DNA of 64,000 nt from Candidatus Daviesbacteria bacterium (GTDB taxonomy: Bacteria > Patescibacteriota > Microgenomatia > Daviesbacterales > UBA10151): contig JACPKM010000004.1 of NCBI GenBank assembly GCA_016187025.1, positions 99,637 through 163,636 on the forward strand. The letters run 5' to 3'. The notes below the pieces were generated by a model. The model did no database searches, had not been told where the DNA came from, and was given only the letters and a program-made list of their open reading frames with translations. Below are positions 20,541 to 30,098 of the stretch, piece by piece (position 1 is the first letter of the stretch; each line of letters begins with the position of its first letter). Position numbers and translations under genes: made by a program.

Positions 20541-21271
20541 ATCTGAGTTGGGTTGTGGAAGTCTTGGTATCCCCACTCTTCAACATCGATCATGTACTGA
20601 TTTCTGGAAATTAAAGGACCGCGGCATACCTTTTGTTGAGGGATTGGAGTTGTCAGCTGTAAGTTTAGTCTATTTATTAACTCATGCATAATCCATTTAG
20701 GTACTTTTTCTCTATCAGAAGGATAGACAAACCTAAAATTTATCAAATGGGCTAGTAAAATTTCCCAGTGTATCTCCATTCTCGATAAAAGCTTTTTCCA
20801 GTCAAGCTCTTTTCCTAGTTTTAGGATCAAGTGGTGGATGTCTGCTCCGTCATAGTGACTTCTATCTTGGACATATGCTTTGCTCCATATAAGTTCAACA
20901 GGAGGAATTAGCTTTGCCTTAATCCCGAAAATATTTGTGGGAGGCGCATTCTTAAACCATCTTTCCTCAACATGCCAAAGCCCTTCTGATGTACCGAAGA
21001 TTAAATCCACATATATACCTTTGTGAAAAATCTTTGCTATCCATCTGGCATCGGTAATTTCTGTTTTAAGTCCATGTTTTTGCATTATTCCAATAATCTT
21101 TAAGTAATCACCTGCCTTACAAAAAATGTCTAAATCCTTTGTGGGACGGTTAATACCTGTATACTTCATCACAGCAATTGTTCCTCCTAGCAACACAGGT
21201 ATTTTATTGTCGTTTAAAATTTGCAAGACTTTTGCATAAAATGCCTCAGTATCTTTATCAAACAAATTCAT
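20537..21271 (-). CDS. Minimal Pol-beta-like nucleotidyltransferase fold protein
   Basis: LGGTIAV...KDLDIF (G[GS]x~14DhD) with a third acidic position at YVDLIFG. Confidence 0.5.
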   Translation of the reverse strand: MNLFDKDTEAFYAKVLQILNDNKIPVLLGGTIAVMKYTGINRPTKDLDIFCKAGDYLKIIGIMQKHGLKTEITDARWIAKIFHKGIYVDLIFGTSEGLWHVEERWFKNAPPTNIFGIKAKLIPPVELIWSKAYVQDRSHYDGADIHHLILKLGKELDWKKLLSRMEIHWEILLAHLINFRFVYPSDREKVPKWIMHELINRLNLQLTTPIPQQKVCRGPLISRNQYMIDVEEWGYQDFHNPTQI

Positions 21272-21375
21272 AAACTTAAGATAAGATCTGGAGATTAAGG
21301 GTAAATAAAGATCTAGTAATAAACTAGAAAGAGAAATTAAAGATTTTAGAGTAAAAAAAGCATAGAATATTAAAT

Positions 21376-22008
21376 ATGAAATTTGAAAGCCGAAAAAGTG
21401 CAGGGATTGCCTTATCTGATAAGCTGTCTAGGCTGAGTTTAGAGGATCCAGTGATTCTTGCTTTGCCCAGAGGGGGAATTCCAGTGGGGTATGAGATAGC
21501 AAAAAAGTTGAATGCACCTTTAGATATTTTAGTTGTAAGAAAGCTAGGAGCTCCTTTACAAAAAGAGTTTGCCATAGGAGCAATTGCCGAAGGTGATATC
21601 AAAGTTCTAGACGAGGATTCAATCGGTAAGCTCAACATCACAAGGGAGCAACTGGGAAAAATTATCCTACAAGAAAAACAGGAGCTTGAAAGAAGGATCA
21701 AGATTTATAGAGGTGACAAAACCATGCTGAATGTAATAAATAAAGATGTTATTCTGGTTGATGATGGTGTTGCGACAGGTATAACCTCACTTGCTGCAAT
21801 AAAATTTTTAAAAGCTCATTTCCCAAAACAGATAATTTTGGCCACTCCGGTTTGTTCAAAAGAAGCTTTTTTGCTTTTGTATGCTTCTTTAGATAAATTT
21901 ATCTGCCTGATAGTGCCTACCAGATTCAGAGCCGTGGGTAGCTGGTATAGGAGCTTTGGGCAGTTATCAGATACAGAGGTTGTGAATTTGTTAAATTCTA
22001 CAAGATAA
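21376..22008 (+). CDS. Phosphoribosyltransferase domain protein
   Basis: PRPP-binding loop VILVDDGVATGIT. Confidence 0.75.
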   Translation: MKFESRKSAGIALSDKLSRLSLEDPVILALPRGGIPVGYEIAKKLNAPLDILVVRKLGAPLQKEFAIGAIAEGDIKVLDEDSIGKLNITREQLGKIILQEKQELERRIKIYRGDKTMLNVINKDVILVDDGVATGITSLAAIKFLKAHFPKQIILATPVCSKEAFLLLYASLDKFICLIVPTRFRAVGSWYRSFGQLSDTEVVNLLNSTR

Positions 22009-22089
22009 AGTTTTACTCTTTACTTACCTTATTCTGGTCTCATTTTTACTACTGATGCATATCCTTATATTTAAGGAGGTCTGAAGGAT

Positions 22090-22260
22090 ATGTCAAAAGG
22101 AGAACACTTGCCCAAAGTAGGAAGTAAGGAGCAGAGGATGTATGAGCATATTTTAAGTAGTGCCAAAAAGTTGGGTAAATACAAAGGCAGAGAACAAGAA
22201 GTTGCAGCCCGGACTGTTTTCAATCATCATCAGCAGGATAAGCACAAAGCAGGAACATAA
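22090..22260 (+). CDS. Small hypothetical protein (56 aa), possibly ChaB-like
   Basis: Strong SD (AGGAGG, 9 nt upstream of the ATG). Not in the ORF track because it is under 60 aa. The sequence is [21 protein letters not shown]...EVAARTV. Confidence 0.45.
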   Translation: MSKGEHLPKVGSKEQRMYEHILSSAKKLGKYKGREQEVAARTVFNHHQQDKHKAGT

Positions 22261-22312
22261 GGAGTTGGAGAATAAAATCTTCATTTATGTTTGTATAATA
22301 TTTTTTGTATAT

Positions 22313-22708
22313 ATGGATGTGCAAAATAACAATTACTGGAAGAAAAAATTAACTCCAGAGCAATACAAGGTTTTAAGAGAAAAAGAGACCGAGACTCCAT
22401 TTAGCGGAAAATATGTTAATAATCACGAAGATGGAATGTATCATTGTGCAGCATGCGGAGCAGTTCTATTTTCCTCTGGTGCCAAATTTGATTCTGGTAC
22501 AGGTTGGCCTTCATTCGAAAGGGCTGAGAACTTAGAACATATATTATTAAGGGATGATAATTCTTTTAATATGCACAGAACAGAAGTGGTTTGTAAAAAC
22601 TGCGGATCACATCTAGGTCACTTATTCGATGATGGGCCTACGCAAACTGGTAAAAGATATTGCATAAACTCCTGCGCTTTAGACTTCAAAGGAGAAAAGA
22701 CTATTTAA
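22313..22708 (+). CDS. msrB: Peptide-methionine (R)-S-oxide reductase MsrB
   Basis: Two CxxC pairs ([16 protein letters not shown]) and the GWPSF motif. Start taken at the internal ATG. Confidence 0.88.
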   Translation: MDVQNNNYWKKKLTPEQYKVLREKETETPFSGKYVNNHEDGMYHCAACGAVLFSSGAKFDSGTGWPSFERAENLEHILLRDDNSFNMHRTEVVCKNCGSHLGHLFDDGPTQTGKRYCINSCALDFKGEKTI

Positions 22709-22787
22709 AAACTTTCTTTTTAAATATTTCATATACATTGGTTGATTGACACTACTTACCAATTTGAGCTACTCTAGATTTAGTGCC

Positions 22788-23186
22788 ATGAATGAGATTT
22801 TTCATAAGGTATCTTCAAAAGTATCAGCAGTTACTGGTTCTCCTTATGCTTTTTTAGTCGCCTTTCTTGTAATTATTATCTGGCTTATTAATGGGCCAGC
22901 GTTTAACTATTCAGATACATGGCAACTGGTTATAAATACCAGTACAACAATAATTACTTTTCTGATGGTGTTTTTGATACAAAATACCCAAAATCGAGAT
23001 GCCAAGGCAATTCATCTAAAGCTAGACGAGCTATTAAAAGCAGCAAAAGGTGCTAGAACCGGACTTGTGGATATAGAAGATTTACCAGATGAGGAGCTGG
23101 GAAAACTACAACAGGAGTTTAAAGATCTACACGAAAAATATTCAATGGAAGTTGAAAAGAGAGGAAAATCATCTGGTACAAACTAG
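22788..23186 (+). CDS. Low-affinity iron permease family (PF04120-like) small membrane protein
   Basis: MNEIFHKVS...SDTWQLVINTSTTIITFLMVFLIQNTQNRDAKAIHLKLDELL matches my recollection of this family. Confidence 0.55.
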   Translation: MNEIFHKVSSKVSAVTGSPYAFLVAFLVIIIWLINGPAFNYSDTWQLVINTSTTIITFLMVFLIQNTQNRDAKAIHLKLDELLKAAKGARTGLVDIEDLPDEELGKLQQEFKDLHEKYSMEVEKRGKSSGTN

Positions 23187-23202
23187 CTAAACAGCATCTT
23201 TC

Positions 23203-24252
23203 ATGAATATCCAAACTGTCACCCACAACAAATTAACTTTTTTAAATATTACTAGTCTACGGGAGTTAGAGTCAAAAGAGTTAAGAAACCACTATCATTT
23301 TAGCCAAATCCATATAGATGATTATCTAAGTGGTCAACAAGTGCCAAAGATTGAGCTAAACAACTACTATACCCTGATAGTATTAGACTTTCCTTTTGTT
23401 GAACAGGCTACTGATACACTAAATGAAACTGGTCAACATGGTAATGGTGATAGTAATGGAAATGGAAAAGGTAATGTTATAAAAGACCTAATAACAAAGC
23501 CTGTGATTATCCCTAAAATCCTTTTTTCTAAAGATGAAAAAAGAAGAATTCGTACTGGGCATGTAAACTTTTTCATCGGCAAAGACTTTTTAGTTGTTCT
23601 ACATGATGAAAAAACTCCACAGATAGATGGTATTTTTACAGATTGCCAAAAAACTCTTAAAAAAAGGGAGGAGTTAATGTCTCCGGGTCCTTCCTATCTT
23701 TTTTATAGAATTATTGATGTCTTGGTGGATTCTACATATGGGATTATGAATGAGATTGTGACATCAATTGATCAAATTGACCTGCACCTTTTAGGCAATT
23801 ATTCACCTTTGACAATAGTAGAAGAGATTTCAGTTACCAGAAGAAATTTAGTCTTTTTAAAGTCAATGCTTTCTCCTGCCTCAAATATATTCTCAGATTT
23901 AGCTCATGAAAAACGTAAAAAATTTGATGACTTAAATGTTTCTTACTGGTTTAGTATCCTAGATCACATCAGAAAGATTAATACTAGATTAGAAAGTAGT
24001 GTGGAGTTAATCGAAGGGATTGCAAGAAGCCATGAGTCATTGCTGACTGCAAAAACTAATGAAATAGTAAAGGTGTTAACTATGTTTACAGCAATGCTTT
24101 TGCCTTTGACTTTTATCACCGGGATTTATGGAATGAATGTGGTAGATTTACCTGGGGCCTCAACCCCCGGTGTCTTAGGGTTGCTTATTTTAATGATGAC
24201 TGGTATAGCTGGAGCTATGGCTTTGGTCTTCAAAATTAAAAAATGGCTTTAA
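23203..24252 (+). CDS. corA: Magnesium/cobalt transporter CorA
   Basis: Two C-terminal TM helices and the YGMN motif. Confidence 0.85.
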   Translation: MNIQTVTHNKLTFLNITSLRELESKELRNHYHFSQIHIDDYLSGQQVPKIELNNYYTLIVLDFPFVEQATDTLNETGQHGNGDSNGNGKGNVIKDLITKPVIIPKILFSKDEKRRIRTGHVNFFIGKDFLVVLHDEKTPQIDGIFTDCQKTLKKREELMSPGPSYLFYRIIDVLVDSTYGIMNEIVTSIDQIDLHLLGNYSPLTIVEEISVTRRNLVFLKSMLSPASNIFSDLAHEKRKKFDDLNVSYWFSILDHIRKINTRLESSVELIEGIARSHESLLTAKTNEIVKVLTMFTAMLLPLTFITGIYGMNVVDLPGASTPGVLGLLILMMTGIAGAMALVFKIKKWL

Positions 24253-24280
24253 TAATAGAAGATTCCTCTTGAGAAGAATT

Positions 24281-24580
24281 TTACTCAAAGCCCCCATTAT
24301 TTTTAATAGATTGAAAAGTTTGAGCTAATCTATTTTTTACCTTTTCAATATTACCAGTTCCCGAGATTCCTATTTGGTGTTTTTTATATCTTAACCACTC
24401 TTGCGATGTTATTCTGTTTGCAGCTCTAACCACAATACTATCTTGGGACCCTGTCTCCCAGCTGATAATTTTAACCACCAACTTAAATACCTTTTCTCTG
24501 GCTTCTTGAGCTTTTAAAACGGCTAGTTTTCTCTCGTCTTTGGTCATTAACAAACTTGACTTCAGATCTGTTTTAGGCAT
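24281..24580 (-). CDS. Hypothetical protein (99 aa)
   Basis: ORF sits between the RRM gene and corA; no recognisable motif. Confidence 0.4.
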   Translation of the reverse strand: MPKTDLKSSLLMTKDERKLAVLKAQEAREKVFKLVVKIISWETGSQDSIVVRAANRITSQEWLRYKKHQIGISGTGNIEKVKNRLAQTFQSIKNNGGFE

Positions 24581-24585
24581 GAAAT

Positions 24586-24921
24586 TTATCTCCTGTCTCT
24601 TTTGTAAAAGTTTCTATTATTATCTCTATAATTATCTCTGCCTCGATTATTATTTGAATAAGAATTAGATCTTTCTTCTCTAGGTCTTGCAACTGAAACA
24701 CCTAGTCTTCTGCCTTCTAAATCTGAACCATCAAGCTTTTTTATAGCTTCTTGTGCTGCTGCGTCATCTGCCATTTCTACAAATCCAAAACCTTTGCTTT
24801 GATTGGTAAATTTATCTGTTATAACATTGGCAGATAAAACTTGCCCAAACTGAGAAAATAACTCATTTAGTTTTTGATCATTAATTGAATAGGGAAGTCC
24901 CCCAACAAATAACTTAGTCAT
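24586..24921 (-). CDS. RRM-type RNA-binding protein with Arg/Asn/Asp-rich tail
   Basis: RNP2 LFVGGL and RNP1 KGFGFVEM. Confidence 0.85.
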   Translation of the reverse strand: MTKLFVGGLPYSINDQKLNELFSQFGQVLSANVITDKFTNQSKGFGFVEMADDAAAQEAIKKLDGSDLEGRRLGVSVARPREERSNSYSNNNRGRDNYRDNNRNFYKRDRR

Positions 24922-24944
24922 TTATGTATCCTCCTTTCTAAATA

Positions 24945-26222
24945 TTAACTATCTATAAACGTTAAAGCATAACCCATTTTTCCAGCTCTTCCTGTTCTTC
25001 CAATTCTATGAATATAATCTTCATAAGTTTGTGGTAGGTCATAGTTTATCACATGTGTTACATTATCTATATCTAACCCTCTTGATGCAACATCTGTTGC
25101 TAAAAGAATCTTGATTGCATTCTGTTTAAAGCTTTGCAAGACTCTTTGTCTTTGAGATTGTCTTTTATCTCCATGAATTGCTCCTACTTTGAAACCTCGG
25201 AATTCCAGCTCCTTGTTTAGCTTTTCAATGCCATGCTTGGTTCTTCCAAAAATTAAAACTTTATCAAAGCCATCTTGTATTAAAAGATCATGGAGCTGAT
25301 CTAGCTTTTTTTGGTTACTGATTACTTTAACAACATCTTGTTCTACATTTTCTGGGGTATCTGTCTTTTTTACAGAAATAGTCACTGGATCAGCTACAAA
25401 AGATCTAAGTATATCTTGTATCTTAGGTGAAATGGTTGCTGAGAAAAAAAGTGATTGTCGCACCGCTGGCATACGAGAAATAAAGTATTTAATATCATTT
25501 ATAAATCCAATATCCACCATTAAATCCACCTCATCCAGAACAAAGTTTGAATAATCCTCGAGATGAATTAGTTTGCGCTCTATTAAGTCTTTTAGTCTTC
25601 CAGGTGTTGCAATTACCACATGCGGAGATCTTTTTATATCTTTAATTTGTCTGTTAATGTTGGTTCCTCCAATGGTTACTGCGGAGTAAAGCTTCATATC
25701 CCAAGTAAGGTTTTTAAACTCGTCTCTAATTTGTAAAGCTAACTCTCTGGTTGGGGCGATAATTAATACTTGCTGGTTGCGATCCGAATAGATTTTTTGA
25801 ATAAGAGGAATTAAAAACGCTGCTGTTTTACCTGTACCTGTTGTGGCAAGTCCAATGACATCTCTTCCCTGAAGGATTGGACCGATTGTCTGGGATTGTA
25901 TCGGAGTGGGTTTTGTAAATCCACGACTTGCAATATTTTGTTGTAAGGCTTGAGCAAGATTAAAAGATTCAAAATTATGAGATTCAGCTTGCTGGAATTC
26001 CATAGAAGGATTGGCTTTGCGGATAAACATGTTAATATTTGCTCCTTCTAGCGTGCTTTTCCTGGGACCTTTGCCTCTGCTATAGGAAGAAAATCTGGGT
26101 CTGTTAAACCTGCCATCTTGATTATGGCTATGGGAAAATCCGCCTGAGGATCTATTGAACCTGTTTGGAGATCCATGACCAGTTTGGAACTGGTTCTGTT
26201 TAAATCTTTGCCTGTGAAACAT
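24945..26222 (-). CDS. DEAD-box ATP-dependent RNA helicase with an N-terminal Arg/Gly/Ser-rich extension
   Basis: ATTGTGKT, PTRELA, DEVD, SAT and HRIGRTGR motifs. Confidence 0.88.
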   Translation of the reverse strand: MFHRQRFKQNQFQTGHGSPNRFNRSSGGFSHSHNQDGRFNRPRFSSYSRGKGPRKSTLEGANINMFIRKANPSMEFQQAESHNFESFNLAQALQQNIASRGFTKPTPIQSQTIGPILQGRDVIGLATTGTGKTAAFLIPLIQKIYSDRNQQVLIIAPTRELALQIRDEFKNLTWDMKLYSAVTIGGTNINRQIKDIKRSPHVVIATPGRLKDLIERKLIHLEDYSNFVLDEVDLMVDIGFINDIKYFISRMPAVRQSLFFSATISPKIQDILRSFVADPVTISVKKTDTPENVEQDVVKVISNQKKLDQLHDLLIQDGFDKVLIFGRTKHGIEKLNKELEFRGFKVGAIHGDKRQSQRQRVLQSFKQNAIKILLATDVASRGLDIDNVTHVINYDLPQTYEDYIHRIGRTGRAGKMGYALTFIDS

Positions 26223-26463
26223 AAAAGAATTAATATTGAGAAAATATAAGGGAGCTACTTGAAAAGTCTAATCCGTGAGGAAAGGAACAATCTAATAACT
26301 CAAATTCTTAAAATTACGTTGATAAGTTTATCACGAATTTACTAGTTTAGCAAATATTAGGTTAACATATATATGTAACATTCCAAGTAGATCTTTCTCA
26401 ACTCTTTCTCTTTTAGAATTAGGGTGGACGTAGACTTCAACTCTCACCTATTAATATTATCAA

Positions 26464-26501
26464 AAAAGTCCCTATTATGCTGAGCACTAGTCGAAGTATA
26501 A
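26464..26501 (+). repeat. 38-bp conserved motif, copy 1 (AAAAGTCCCTATTATGCTGAGCACTAGTCGAAGTATAA)
   Basis: Matches 33313-33350 at 35 of 38 positions. It lies immediately upstream of the ATG at 26514. Confidence 0.8.
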
Positions 26502-26513
26502 AATTTGCTTACT

Positions 26514-27323
26514 ATGGCAGATGAAGAACGTCTTGGGCCTTCTACTATCTTGAGACCCCATGTTGAGTATTATCCTGAAGGTTTAGCGAAACGGGATGAA
26601 TTTCCAGAACATTTAAGATCTCGATTTAATCAACTTGCCAAAGGTATTTACCCTGAAAATATCATAAACCCGTTAAAGAGCGCGGCTTATCAACCCACAA
26701 TTGTTGGGTATAAACATGGCCGAGATAAAACCAGTTTGCCCCCTATTAAAAAACGACTTGAACTGCTAAAACAAGCAAATCCTGGTAAAACACTAAAGGT
26801 GGCTTTTGAAATCATTCCACCTGAACAGCTCCAATACATTATGCATTATTTAGCAGATATGGAATATAGAAAAAGTGGTGGTGTTCAAAATAGAAAAATC
26901 ACAATGTCACCAGAGGAATACCGGAGCAAGTTAATGAGTCATCATGCAGAAAATTTGGCATTATGGATGCTGGAAAATGGTTTTAATGTAATCCCCATTG
27001 AGAGTAAACAGGTCAAAACATGGATTCAAGAAGCAAGGGCTTTATATCCTGTAGAGGAAGATTTCTGGGGAGAGCGCGAACCAGTTGAAAGAGAGGCTTT
27101 TTCCGCTATTAAAAGAGATCAATATGGTTTAGGGGTAATTGCAGCAGAAAGACCAGATGTTATCGCTGTAGGATTTTCTCATGCTCTTAAATATGATCTG
27201 CTGTTGCAAAGAGATGGAGAACGTAGTTTTTATATCATGAAGGATGTTATTAACTGGGAACAAGACATACAATTATGGGAACGTGTACATAGGACTTTTA
27301 AGGCTCAAGGAGCGCTTAAGTAA
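26514..27323 (+). CDS. Hypothetical protein
   Basis: ORF with no recognisable motif. The track start at 26505 is TTG; the ATG at 26514 is chosen. Confidence 0.5.
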   Translation: MADEERLGPSTILRPHVEYYPEGLAKRDEFPEHLRSRFNQLAKGIYPENIINPLKSAAYQPTIVGYKHGRDKTSLPPIKKRLELLKQANPGKTLKVAFEIIPPEQLQYIMHYLADMEYRKSGGVQNRKITMSPEEYRSKLMSHHAENLALWMLENGFNVIPIESKQVKTWIQEARALYPVEEDFWGEREPVEREAFSAIKRDQYGLGVIAAERPDVIAVGFSHALKYDLLLQRDGERSFYIMKDVINWEQDIQLWERVHRTFKAQGALK

Positions 27324-27419
27324 ATTTCCATACCCTTTATGCTCATAGCTATAGAAAGTCCTAAAATTTACTTTTACCTTTCATAGAATCTGGCGTTTTT
27401 AGTGAAATACGGAGAAATT

Positions 27420-28175
27420 TTAACCTTCAATAGGGTTCATGGAAACGCAGCCGGTTACAGGTTCGTCTTCATTATACAAAGCAGTATTACCGATATATTC
27501 TTCCCAAGATTTGTATAGGGCTTTAATTTTTGTAAAGGTTTCTTCTTTGATTGAGGGATCAAGATAGGCAAATGGACAAATGTGTTGGGGTGGACTTCCG
27601 CCTTTTAAAATGCCAATTTCCACAATTCCAAAACCCGGAATGTTTTTATTAAAATCACTTACCTCAGCAATAACTTGGCCTGCTTTAACTTTATCTCCTT
27701 TTTTAACTTTGGGATTGATAATATGTTCTGTTTCATACATCCACTTTCCATACTGACCATCAGCACTAACTAAGATGGAATAATCTTTACTCCAAAGTGT
27801 TGGAATGTTCACCACAACTCCATCAACTATAGAAAGGACCTTTGTGCCTAGTGGCAAGATAAAGGTGGGTTGGGGGTTTGCTTTGTTTTTACCAGTGCTG
27901 CTAAATTTGGCTGGTATTACGTATCCAAATCCCATAAAAGGCATCTCAAAACCAGTTAGATATGCCTTTGAAAAAACAATATCATCTAAATTTACTCCAA
28001 TGCTTTTTAAAAGAAGAGGAGGTTCATCATCAGAGGCTTTTGGTGGAAAAATAGAGAAGGTGTTTTGTTGGGAAGTTTGTTTGGTTGGAGAGTAATTTTC
28101 AAAAGGATTTTTAAAAACTACTATGAAGGCTATTAAAATAAGGGTAGTAATACCTACAATTAGTGCTTTGGGCAT
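27420..28175 (-). CDS. Membrane-anchored hypothetical protein with a degenerate LytM/M23-like motif (paralog A)
   Basis: N-terminal TM. WMYETEHI...VKKGDKVKAGQVIAEV resembles an M23 barrel but lacks the His ligands. Confidence 0.45.
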   Translation of the reverse strand: MPKALIVGITTLILIAFIVVFKNPFENYSPTKQTSQQNTFSIFPPKASDDEPPLLLKSIGVNLDDIVFSKAYLTGFEMPFMGFGYVIPAKFSSTGKNKANPQPTFILPLGTKVLSIVDGVVVNIPTLWSKDYSILVSADGQYGKWMYETEHIINPKVKKGDKVKAGQVIAEVSDFNKNIPGFGIVEIGILKGGSPPQHICPFAYLDPSIKEETFTKIKALYKSWEEYIGNTALYNEDEPVTGCVSMNPIEG

Positions 28176-28190
28176 TAAATAAATATTATC

Positions 28191-28985
28191 ATGTTTGACT
28201 GGTTATCTAAAATCTGTCAAACTGGATCTGTGGTCCTAAAAATTTTAATTGGTATTGGAATTTTAATTCTGGTTTTAATATCGGGAGCATTTCTTTTTAT
28301 TAAATACAATCAAAACTACCCTCCTCCTAAACTTGTTGCCAACTTTGTTGATATGAAAAAGGTAAAAGAGGTTTCCAAATATAGATCCTGTGCCGGCCAT
28401 ACAGTTGTGCCGCAAGATGGACGGGAGATGAAAAGAAACATGAAGCACTATGTTAAAGTTTATCCGCAGTACAAAAAGGAAAATACAGTGGAACTCTACT
28501 CTCCTTATGATGGGTTTGTATCACTTATTCGTGCGGATATGGGAGATCGTTTAGAGGGGGAGCTTTGGATTGCTCCGGGTGAGACAATGCCACCATTACT
28601 ACCTTTTGGAGTGTGGATGTTTAGTTTTGAGCACATGCAGCCAAGAAAGGACTTGAAGATGGGGAGTAAGGTTAAGGCAGGAGAGCTTGTAGGTTACGCT
28701 TCTTTTTTGGTGACAGAAAGAGATGCTACATTTGATGCAGTCTATGGAAAAATGGGGTTGCCTATGAAGACTATAGACAATTGGAACTCTCCATTTGCGG
28801 ATTTAGATTCTCTTTTTTATCATATGTCAGATACTGTTTTGGCTCAGTTTGAGCAAAGAGGTATAACTCAAGAAAAAATAATAATAAGTAAAGAGGAAAG
28901 AGATGAGAATCCTTGTGTATATACAGGCGAAGGACCTTATTTTACCAACCATGATGATACAGCTAATTGGGTAGAGTTAAAGTAA
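28191..28985 (+). CDS. Membrane-anchored hypothetical protein (paralog B of 27420-28175)
   Basis: N-terminal TM. WMFSFEHM...KMGSKVKAGELVGYAS is collinear with paralog A. The two are divergent with only a 15-bp gap. Confidence 0.45.
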   Translation: MFDWLSKICQTGSVVLKILIGIGILILVLISGAFLFIKYNQNYPPPKLVANFVDMKKVKEVSKYRSCAGHTVVPQDGREMKRNMKHYVKVYPQYKKENTVELYSPYDGFVSLIRADMGDRLEGELWIAPGETMPPLLPFGVWMFSFEHMQPRKDLKMGSKVKAGELVGYASFLVTERDATFDAVYGKMGLPMKTIDNWNSPFADLDSLFYHMSDTVLAQFEQRGITQEKIIISKEERDENPCVYTGEGPYFTNHDDTANWVELK

Positions 28986-29011
28986 TCTTAAAAACTTGTT
29001 ATACTAAAATA

Positions 29012-29494
29012 ATGTCTATTAACATTCCAAAACTTATTCTCTCCATTAGTCTTTGTTTAGGAGCAGGGATAATAGGATCATTTTTTACAGTCTCCTCAAT
29101 TCCTACCTGGTATGCAACTTTAAATAAACCCTCATTTTCTCCACCAAATTGGGTCTTTGGACCTGTTTGGACAATTCTTTATATTTTAATGGGAATTTCC
29201 CTATATCTGGTCTGGACAAAGAAAAACCCTTTGATTACGCTCAGGGCCATGGGAGTTCCAGCTATTTTTTGGGTTCAGCTAATTTTAAATACTACTTGGT
29301 CGATACTATTTTTTGGTACGGAAAATCCTACGCTAGCTTTATTTGATGTTGTAGCTCTATGGATAGCAATTTTATTAACGATTAAATCTTTTTACAAAAT
29401 TTCCAAATTAGCTGCCTATCTTTTATATCCTTATCTTGCTTGGGTGACCTTTGCTGCCTTACTTAACTTATCCATTGTCATATTAAATCCATAG
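29012..29494 (+). CDS. tspO: TspO/MBR family tryptophan-rich sensory protein
   Basis: Five TM segments, Trp-rich, with SFSPPNWVFGPVWTILY. Confidence 0.8.
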   Translation: MSINIPKLILSISLCLGAGIIGSFFTVSSIPTWYATLNKPSFSPPNWVFGPVWTILYILMGISLYLVWTKKNPLITLRAMGVPAIFWVQLILNTTWSILFFGTENPTLALFDVVALWIAILLTIKSFYKISKLAAYLLYPYLAWVTFAALLNLSIVILNP

Positions 29495-29495
29495 A

Positions 29496-30098
29496 TTAAG
29501 ATGTCTGAATAGAATAGTTCAACTTATGCTTGATGCTATGCATCACAATATCCACCAAGGTTTTGAGTAGTAAAAATATTATCAAAGAAGATTGGCCTAG
29601 GATTGCCCCAAAAACAATGATTAGATGCATCGGGATAATTCTGGCGTAAGGTGAAAACATTAACTGACCTATATTTTGTTTCTTAGCCTGATCTAGTATC
29701 CTGTTGTGGTGGTAAGAAAACAAGTGGTTGATAAAAAATATAAATCCTCCTAGGAATAAGTAGGGAAAATCAAGAGGTTGTTTTATAAAGAAATTAAATA
29801 GAAAGATGGCGTAAATAAAATGAAAAAAACCATAGTGGAAAGCGAAGAAAAAAGCAGTGAAGGTTTTGGTTTGAGTGGTAGGGGATACTGGCTGATTGTT
29901 AATAGTAAAATTTTCAGCGGAGAAGTTTTTTAAAGATAAAATCCTCAAAAATTGGAAAGAGCCAATAATCACAGATTGCATCCAATAAACCCAAAGCACC
30001 GTAGCCACCTCCCAGCCCTGAACCAGAGCCAGAATGATTACCAGGATATTAGAAAAGAGTAAACTAATAACAGAAGGCTTTAAAGGCAAGCTTTTCAC
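29496..30098 (-). CDS. Polytopic membrane protein, unknown function
   Basis: Several hydrophobic helices; no recognisable motif. Confidence 0.45.
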   Translation of the reverse strand: MKSLPLKPSVISLLFSNILVIILALVQGWEVATVLWVYWMQSVIIGSFQFLRILSLKNFSAENFTINNQPVSPTTQTKTFTAFFFAFHYGFFHFIYAIFLFNFFIKQPLDFPYLFLGGFIFFINHLFSYHHNRILDQAKKQNIGQLMFSPYARIIPMHLIIVFGAILGQSSLIIFLLLKTLVDIVMHSIKHKLNYSIQTS

